Origin: Gemmatimonadota bacterium
Lineage (GTDB): Bacteria > Gemmatimonadota > Gemmatimonadetes > Gemmatimonadales > GWC2-71-9
DNA length: 34,204 bases
Reading direction: 5' to 3'
Assembly (NCBI GenBank): GCA_036679605.1
Contig: JAZDCZ010000160.1
Span: 1 to 34,204 of the forward strand
The notes beneath the pieces were generated by a model, which was not told the DNA's origin, made no database searches, and saw only the letters and a program-made list of their open reading frames with translations. How positions within the stretch are numbered: the first letter of the stretch is position 1; the number at the start of each line of letters is the position of its first letter. This document shows, piece after piece, positions 16,765-23,465 of this stretch. The translations under genes and the position numbers were made by a program.

Positions 16765-18448
16765 GTCTGGACCTCGCCCTGCGCAGCAGCAGCAGCTCAA
16801 TTACCGCCATCAGCACAAAGCCGGCCAGGCCGAGCCCGTAAGCGCGCTCAGGAATGGGGGCCTCCAGAACCAGGTTGTACCAAGACGACAGCGAGTGGCG
16901 GAGACCCGACTCGCCGACGTCTCCGTCCCAGGCCATGACCACAAATGGGATATACCTGCCGGGCTCGAATTGAACGTCTGTGCGTGCCGAGGGGGTCGTC
17001 AGCGAACGCTTGATGACCACCTGCCGGCGTCCGTCTTCGAAGTAAACGCCGCCGCTGAGCGCCTGATCGGTCTCGGGCTGAACGCTGATCTTTTCCGGAC
17101 CCTTTGCCGACAGTTCCTCAAATGCCTTCTCGCCGGCACGGTCGGCGCGGTAGCGCCACAGATTGACCGGGTTGTCGATCTGCCCGTACAGGAAATAGGG
17201 ACGTTTGGCTCCCTCCTGCGGTTTCACGGGAAATTCCACAGCGGTGGCATCGCGGAAGCGCACCCGGTTATGCTCGTAGTCGGTCACATCCAAGACCGGG
17301 TAGGTCGTATCCTCCGCAACGATGTCGGCGTCCCTGTGCTCGGTGTTCTCGGTGCGATCGTGGTAAACGAGCCGGATCGCGATCTCCGAGTCGTTATACA
17401 GCGCCCGTACGCTCACATGGTCGACCGACGGGGTCTGCCAACGCGGCCTGCGGGTTACCTGGCCAAACATCCGAAAACGGATCTCGTTGGCGCCCTCCCA
17501 AATCTGGTCTCTCGGGTCCGCCGGGATGGGACCCTCGACCTTGCGCACCTTCAGAAGCGTCTCCTCGCTTGCGCCTTCGTCGACAGCTAGGGAGCGAATG
17601 TAATGTGCAACGGCTATTCTGTCGCGTTCGTCTTGTTTCGGGTCTTCGTTGTCGAACGACCCAATGAACGACGGCATCGGTGTTCCGTTAAGTCCGCTTG
17701 TTAAGGTTCGCCAGATGTCCTCGACCCGGCTTCCCCCCTTGTAGGTCCACCCCTTGGAAAGGTCGCGCGGCAAGATCCGCTGCTTCAGGTAGTTAAACTG
17801 TCGACCCGCCGAGGTGCCATCACCTCGGCCCTCTTTGCCGTGACATTCGACGCAGCCGGCTCGCACAAAAACTTTCTTACCAGCTTCGACAAGCTCGGGA
17901 GTCGACGCCGAAAATGAAGGAATTTCGATCACGTAATCATCGCCCTCGTCGTCCTTGCGGCGGGGATCGAAATCGGGATCGGAGAAGAAATCCTCGGCAA
18001 ACGTCTTGATGTAGTAAACCACCTTCCAACGCTCGTCGGTGCGTAGCGTTATCCACGACGGCATGGCGGTACCCGGCACCCCGCGGGTGATGGTCCGGAA
18101 AAGATCCTCGTCGAGGGCAAGCTCACTGAACTTGGTGGTGCGGAACTTGAAATTGGCAAACGTAAAGTTGCGTGGCCGCGGATCGAGGAACTGCGCCACC
18201 GGACCGTCACCCTCGCCTGTGACACCGTGGCAAGCACTGCAACGGAAGTTATAAATACGCTTACCCTCAGCCATTGCCTCGGGAGTGGCCTCGGGCCGTC
18301 GCGTGGGCACATCGATCTCGAGCCAACCCGGACTTGCCGGCGCAGTCTGCGCCGCCAGTACGGGCCGGCCCCCGACCGTGAACCCGATGACTACGGCAAC
18401 AAACACGGCTAGAAACCCCGTCCGCACTAATGCGCCTACCACACTCAC
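16757..18448 (-). CDS. Diheme cytochrome c fused to an EbdC/NxrC-like heme-binding domain, C-terminal TM anchor (module A)
   Basis: CSACH and CVECH; PRPRNFT..FKFRTT..GVPGTAMP; FRMFGQ..VRALYND..DATAVEFP..PVNLW..AWDG..SSWY; paralogue of 11535-13220. Confidence 0.88.
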   Translation of the reverse strand: MSVVGALVRTGFLAVFVAVVIGFTVGGRPVLAAQTAPASPGWLEIDVPTRRPEATPEAMAEGKRIYNFRCSACHGVTGEGDGPVAQFLDPRPRNFTFANFKFRTTKFSELALDEDLFRTITRGVPGTAMPSWITLRTDERWKVVYYIKTFAEDFFSDPDFDPRRKDDEGDDYVIEIPSFSASTPELVEAGKKVFVRAGCVECHGKEGRGDGTSAGRQFNYLKQRILPRDLSKGWTYKGGSRVEDIWRTLTSGLNGTPMPSFIGSFDNEDPKQDERDRIAVAHYIRSLAVDEGASEETLLKVRKVEGPIPADPRDQIWEGANEIRFRMFGQVTRRPRWQTPSVDHVSVRALYNDSEIAIRLVYHDRTENTEHRDADIVAEDTTYPVLDVTDYEHNRVRFRDATAVEFPVKPQEGAKRPYFLYGQIDNPVNLWRYRADRAGEKAFEELSAKGPEKISVQPETDQALSGGVYFEDGRRQVVIKRSLTTPSARTDVQFEPGRYIPFVVMAWDGDVGESGLRHSLSSWYNLVLEAPIPERAYGLGLAGFVLMAVIELLLLRRARSRHV

Positions 18449-18450
18449 CG

Positions 18451-19410
18451 CTACTCGCTCTCCTGGCCCGTAGGCGTTGCTTGGGCGTGCCCCTCAGACT
18501 CCCGCGGCGCATTTCCCGCAATGTCGTATTCGGCCATGATGATTTTCCAGATCTCTTCTTGAGACAGGTCGGTTTCCCAGCGCGGCATAGCCGATTCCCA
18601 CGGCGCTCCTTCGTGCGGCAGCTTGATCCCGCCGCGGTTGACGCGCCAGAAGACCGCCCCCTCGACCAGTGTCGCAATCGTTTCCACACCGGTGAAGTCG
18701 GCCGGCTCGCGGCGCTGGCCCACCGACATGGGGCCGTCCCCCATGGCCTTGGTCCCATGACAGGGGCGGCAGTTGATCATGAAGAGCGTGCGGCCCTCTT
18801 CGATAACGTGGCGGCGGAAAGCCGCTGGACGATCCTCTTCACTGGCCTTGCCGCTTTGCAGTGCTCGGCCATAGGCGACCACCTGCGGCTCAGTGCTGGC
18901 CTCGATGTCGATCTGTCCCGATCGCAGTGCCTCGTCGAATGCGCTCAGCATCTCAGCGTTCGGGCGACGGAACGGGTTCTTCAGTTTGGAGAATTGGTCG
19001 GGGGGCGTGGGGTGACGGATCGGATTGGCGACCGGCTCGGCACCGCCACCTGCCTCGCCCAAGAAAACCACGACGGCGACAAACACCGGCACCACGCACA
19101 GCACCGCAGCCCGCATCGGGTGCTTCCAACGCATGAATTCCCACACCGGCGCCTGGAAGCGTTGCCAGCGCTCTTCGCTGTAGGTCAGGAAGCAAAAGCA
19201 GGCGAGCACCGCCAGCGTCATATAAAGGGGGACTTCCTTGCCTGAGCTTCTCAGCCCTGAGCGAATCGAGAACCAGTCCTGCGCAGCCAGCCAGCCTCCC
19301 AGGTACGGCAGCAGAAACTCCAGGAAGAGCGCAAAGCAGACGATGAAGACCGTGCTCGCTCCCAGCGGGTGCCGAAGTGCGTCAAGAACCGACCGCCTAG
19401 TCACTTTCAC
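18451..19410 (-). CDS. Multi-TM monoheme cytochrome c (module A)
   Basis: About three TM helices; CRPCHG..PADFT..TIATLVEG..GGIKLP..PWESAMPRWE. Confidence 0.88.
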   Translation of the reverse strand: MKVTRRSVLDALRHPLGASTVFIVCFALFLEFLLPYLGGWLAAQDWFSIRSGLRSSGKEVPLYMTLAVLACFCFLTYSEERWQRFQAPVWEFMRWKHPMRAAVLCVVPVFVAVVVFLGEAGGGAEPVANPIRHPTPPDQFSKLKNPFRRPNAEMLSAFDEALRSGQIDIEASTEPQVVAYGRALQSGKASEEDRPAAFRRHVIEEGRTLFMINCRPCHGTKAMGDGPMSVGQRREPADFTGVETIATLVEGAVFWRVNRGGIKLPHEGAPWESAMPRWETDLSQEEIWKIIMAEYDIAGNAPRESEGHAQATPTGQESE

Positions 19411-20537
19411 GGCTGCGCCCCCGCGCCGTCGTTGGTCGCCGGCGCTTGAGTACCTGTTTGCACCGACAAGAACATCGCCAACCTCATAAGATCGCTGACA
19501 CCGATCTGCTCGGCATAGCTGGGCATCTTCGAACGTCCGTCCTGGGAATGATCCGCCACCGGCGGCACGATCAAGGCATCGGGGTTAAGAATCGACTCGA
19601 TTATGTACTCGCGCGACTGAATGGCCCCAATGCTCGTCAAGTCGGGCCCGATGTTACCGGGCTCGACGGCGCCAAAATCCTTGCCCTCGATCTTGTGACA
19701 CTGCCAACACTTCTTGCCGGAGAAGATACTCTCTCCTTCCTCGACCCACTCCTCGACGATCTCTTCATAGATCTCGCGCTGCTCTTCATCGAGCACCGTT
19801 TCGCGGTACTCGGCTCGGGCCTGGTCACCGGCAAGTTGGTGGTACTCGACGAACTGTTCGGGCTCCAGAACCTCCCATTCCGGGTAAGGCATATCGACCG
19901 CGACCGCCGCGACAACAGTTTCCTCTAGCTGGTCTTTTTGCAGGACCGCTTGACCGAAACGGCTCATCGACTGGCTGAGCGCCTCTAGGTCCATCTCTCC
20001 ACCGACGGTCTGCAAGTAGGAGATGACGCTCATCACCTCTTCGGGGTCGAGGTCGATCTGGCCGGTGTAGACGATCGGCATCAGTTTATCGGGGAACCCT
20101 TCGACTACGTACGCACTGGGAGTCGTAATGCACTCGACGAGGTAATCGGTACGCGTATACGACTTGCCCGTCTGCTTACTACGCTCGGCCGCGCGCAAGC
20201 CGGCGCGCTCCCCAATCGGTGGCCCCAGGCTAGACTCGCCGAGATTGGGACAGCGCTTCATGTTGCCGCGTTCTCCGATGCTGTGACAGGTGTGGCAGGT
20301 ACCCTTGCCCCAGAAGATCGATTCACCACGCTCGGGGCTCACCCCCGAACCGATGCTGGCGACGCCACCGCCCTGCAAGTCGGTCACGTACCATCCCAGA
20401 GAGATGAAAATCCCCACCAGCAAGAAGAGGAACCCGAGAACCGAAGCCGCTGCCCGTGTTGCGGATCCAGTCTCGAGCACGGCCTCTGCACCGGTATTAC
20501 CCGGCGATGCAGCACCACTGCTAGGCACCCCCATCAC
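19407..20537 (-). CDS. Membrane-anchored diheme cytochrome c (module A)
   Basis: N-terminal TM; GKGTCHTCH..RCPNL; CWQCH..IGPDLT.IGAIQ..YIIESILNP..KMP. Confidence 0.9.
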   Translation of the reverse strand: MMGVPSSGAASPGNTGAEAVLETGSATRAAASVLGFLFLLVGIFISLGWYVTDLQGGGVASIGSGVSPERGESIFWGKGTCHTCHSIGERGNMKRCPNLGESSLGPPIGERAGLRAAERSKQTGKSYTRTDYLVECITTPSAYVVEGFPDKLMPIVYTGQIDLDPEEVMSVISYLQTVGGEMDLEALSQSMSRFGQAVLQKDQLEETVVAAVAVDMPYPEWEVLEPEQFVEYHQLAGDQARAEYRETVLDEEQREIYEEIVEEWVEEGESIFSGKKCWQCHKIEGKDFGAVEPGNIGPDLTSIGAIQSREYIIESILNPDALIVPPVADHSQDGRSKMPSYAEQIGVSDLMRLAMFLSVQTGTQAPATNDGAGAQP

Positions 20538-22572
20538 CCGGTGCGTCTGCAGCCCGGCCCATAGGAGAGTGGCCGCTCTTACGTTTCGGCCCGCTCAGGC
20601 TCACCGTCCAGAAAACAAAAGCGACGACAAGCAAAAAGGTAACGCTGATGCCGCTGACGACCACCGCCATGTAGAGATTGCTCGGCGTTGCGGCCCACTC
20701 GGAGGTATCTTTGAGCACCGCGACCACGTGCCACCCCTTGCGCAGCCCCGAGCGGATGAAACCCATCAGCCCCATGTTCATGACGAAGAACACGCACAGC
20801 AGAATAAGCGCATACTGACTGCGGTTATGCATTCGTCCCCAGCGGATTGCGCCAAGCGTCGGCGCACCGCGGTAGAGAAGGATGTCGTAGACGCTGGCAA
20901 CGATGAGACAGGACAGGATCATCAGTACCTGGCACACCGCGACCTGGCGCACCAAAGGGTTGGCCTTTTCCATGATCGTGAAACCGTGCTGGAAGAGCCA
21001 GAAAGAGGCGTGGAACATCGTTGCGCCAATGAGCAGACCCTGTGCGAGCTTGCCTCGGTCTCTCAACATCAGGATCGCGGTCACCGCGATCCACCCCATC
21101 TGCGCGTACAGCGTCCAACGCAGCGTAGCGGCGAAGCTCAGCGCGCCGCCCACGTCGAAGCGCAGGAAAGCAAACGGCAATTCCTGAACCAGGAAGCGAC
21201 CGATCTCGGGGTTGCCGTCGGATAGATCCGAAGAAGCTGAGTACAACAACAGGAAGGCCATCGCGATGAGCGCCGCAACTACCACCGCAATGCGCCCGCC
21301 CGCGCCCGAATCCTTAACGCTCACCGAGCGGGCCTTATTGGCGCGGCGGTACATGAGAAAGCCGGCGTAGGTGGTAAGGATCATGAGCTGGATGACGGCG
21401 TTCTTGGCCGGCATCAGACCGAACTTCTTTTCAAGGCCACCCAACGGCAGGTTATGGGGGGTAAGCCAGACGGCGAAGCAGAAAAAGAGGACGCCTATCA
21501 TCCACGGCACAAAACGCTCGTAACGCTCGCCACCCGGCATGCGTTGCATGCCCGACCACAAGTAATAGTTGCCGGCGATGAACAGCGTCCCGACGAATAC
21601 GGCCTGCAGAATGAACGTCCAGGAAAAAGTGCCGCCCATCATGTCTTGACCCATGGTGGGGTTGAAGCTGTATATCTCGCGGCCGAGGTAGTATCCGGCG
21701 AACGGAAGAGGAATCAGGGCACCAATGGCAATGAAGTTGCCGACGTAGCCCATCCAATCGTAGTGCGCCCGCTCTTCGTGGGTCCTTGCTGCCATGAACA
21801 TCACGGCTGCATAGGCTCCGCAGATGGCTCCGCCGAAAGCGACGTTCGCCAGCGTCCTATGTATGTTCAGGGGCATCCACAGAGCGTTGGCGAAGGCTTC
21901 TGAGGTGGGTCCGATGTAATTGATGCCGGACCAGTGTGTCGCCAACTGGCCGGCGGCACCCTCGGCCAACCCCGGTGGACTCATCATGTAGGTGGTCCAG
22001 GAGTTGGCGATAAACATCAACGAGGTGCCGAACAGGTTGAGCAAAACGCCGAGACCGATGTGGAACATCTTCGCTCGGCCCTCGCTCATCCGCTCCCACC
22101 CGTAGTAGTAGGTATAAAGCGTAAAACCCTCGCCGAAGAAGATAAGCGCGTAGATGTAGAACGTCCCGTGAAACACCCCTGTCAGATGAGCCATGAACGC
22201 CGGATACGCCGAGAAAAGCGTGAATGTGAGCAGACCCCCCAACGCCGCCGTGGTGGCAAACGCCGCGCTCAGAAGCTTGGTGAACTCGTAAGCGAGGGCG
22301 TCGTAGCGGGCCCTCATCTCGCCGTCGCTCTGCCGCGTTCCGACTACCTCGATGATGACCGAGAAGATCGGAACGCCGAGAACGAAAGCACCGAACATCA
22401 GGTGCAGCTCCGCTACCACCCATACGACCAGTCTCGGACTGATGCCGAAGACCGTGCGGTAGAGCGGCGACGCCTCCGTACCCTGAGCAAGCGCAGTGAG
22501 CGGCAACACGAGCGCCAGCAAAAACAAGAACGCGCCAAGAACGCGGTAGTTCAACTTCCAGACAGTCTTCAT
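20521..22572 (-). CDS. Cytochrome bd-like oxidase subunit I (CydA-like, no Q-loop) (module A)
   Basis: WVVAELHLMFGAFVLGVPIF, FFGEGFTLYTYYYGW, IANSWTTYMMSP, PLNIHRTLAN, HYDWMGYVGNF, MGLMGFIRSGLRKGWH. Start uncertain (ATG 22572 preferred; in-frame GTG at 22662). Confidence 0.88.
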   Translation of the reverse strand: MKTVWKLNYRVLGAFLFLLALVLPLTALAQGTEASPLYRTVFGISPRLVVWVVAELHLMFGAFVLGVPIFSVIIEVVGTRQSDGEMRARYDALAYEFTKLLSAAFATTAALGGLLTFTLFSAYPAFMAHLTGVFHGTFYIYALIFFGEGFTLYTYYYGWERMSEGRAKMFHIGLGVLLNLFGTSLMFIANSWTTYMMSPPGLAEGAAGQLATHWSGINYIGPTSEAFANALWMPLNIHRTLANVAFGGAICGAYAAVMFMAARTHEERAHYDWMGYVGNFIAIGALIPLPFAGYYLGREIYSFNPTMGQDMMGGTFSWTFILQAVFVGTLFIAGNYYLWSGMQRMPGGERYERFVPWMIGVLFFCFAVWLTPHNLPLGGLEKKFGLMPAKNAVIQLMILTTYAGFLMYRRANKARSVSVKDSGAGGRIAVVVAALIAMAFLLLYSASSDLSDGNPEIGRFLVQELPFAFLRFDVGGALSFAATLRWTLYAQMGWIAVTAILMLRDRGKLAQGLLIGATMFHASFWLFQHGFTIMEKANPLVRQVAVCQVLMILSCLIVASVYDILLYRGAPTLGAIRWGRMHNRSQYALILLCVFFVMNMGLMGFIRSGLRKGWHVVAVLKDTSEWAATPSNLYMAVVVSGISVTFLLVVAFVFWTVSLSGPKRKSGHSPMGRAADAPGDGGA

Positions 22573-22674
22573 TCGGTCAGCGAGTGCCCTTTCCGAGAGT
22601 CTCCGGCGCGAGCCCTGGACGGGACTCAGGGCGCGCCGCTGAGTTTGCTCGCGCAAAAACACAACCAGGTCAGG

Positions 22675-23418
22675 TCAGTTCTTGGCGGCGAACTCGAATT
22701 CTACTGTCGTCTCTTGAGCCCCCTTGACGACGGCCGTGGCCTTCTTCTCACCCAGGGTGGGATGCCATACCTTCACCGTGTGCACCCCCTCCGCGACATC
22801 GGAGATCCTGAAGCGGCCGTCCTTGGACACTATGCAAGCGGAACCGTCACTGACGTACATCCATCCGTGCATGAACGTATGGATGTCGCAGGTAAGCTCC
22901 ACCGTATTGCTACGGCGGGGTTTGATCGTCTCGGTCCGCCGATGACCTCTTTCCGGCTGGGCAAAGTTAAACATGTCGCGGCGGATACCCTTTATGATCT
23001 CGAAGGTATGGATGTTGTGAACGACCGGATCTCGATTGGTGATCCGTAGTTTTTCACCAGCGGGAACGATCATAATCTCGGGAACGAACGCACAACCCTT
23101 CTGGTCCAGCTTGAAACCGCCAGCAGGCGGTTCGAAGTGCGACCCCTTGCCGTCGCCTTCGACGCAGATGACGACGTTATGCAAACTTTTGTCGCGGCCT
23201 ACATCCACGTCGATCTGTTTTCTGAAGCCGCTACCGCATACGTCGTTGTCTTTGTCGATCTGCATCTTCGTCGGCGGTGGAGGCGTGCCTTTGAAGTGGA
23301 CAATCCCGGTGATCGTGCCGTTTGCTTCGTCGGCACTAACGGCAGGCCGAATCTGCGACAGAACGAGAGCGCTCACCGCCAGAAGCAGTAGAGGTAGAGT
23401 CGGCCGTGCTTTCTTCAT
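22675..23418 (-). CDS. Exported cupredoxin-like / carboxypeptidase-regulatory-like domain protein (module A)
   Basis: ATG 23418 after GAGGAG (alternative coupled start 23469); signal peptide; GTITGIV, DQKGCAFVP, VHNIH, CDIHTFM, VKVWHP. Confidence 0.85.
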   Translation of the reverse strand: MKKARPTLPLLLLAVSALVLSQIRPAVSADEANGTITGIVHFKGTPPPPTKMQIDKDNDVCGSGFRKQIDVDVGRDKSLHNVVICVEGDGKGSHFEPPAGGFKLDQKGCAFVPEIMIVPAGEKLRITNRDPVVHNIHTFEIIKGIRRDMFNFAQPERGHRRTETIKPRRSNTVELTCDIHTFMHGWMYVSDGSACIVSKDGRFRISDVAEGVHTVKVWHPTLGEKKATAVVKGAQETTVEFEFAAKN

Positions 23419-23465
23419 TGCATCTTTCTCCTCGATAGACTGGGTTTGCGCGGTCGCCCTGTTGT

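Noticed and set aside
14149..22572. Canonical cydAB quinol oxidase, or a cydA pseudogene pair
   Set aside because: No Q-loop, no GRQPW and no cydB, but both frames are intact with conserved His ligands, fitting the bd-like family.
15043..23049. Long plus-strand ORFs (15043-16014, 16418-17590, 18430-19245, 20290-21225, 21934-23049)
   Set aside because: Antisense to well-supported genes, as expected in high-GC coding DNA; no recognisable domains.
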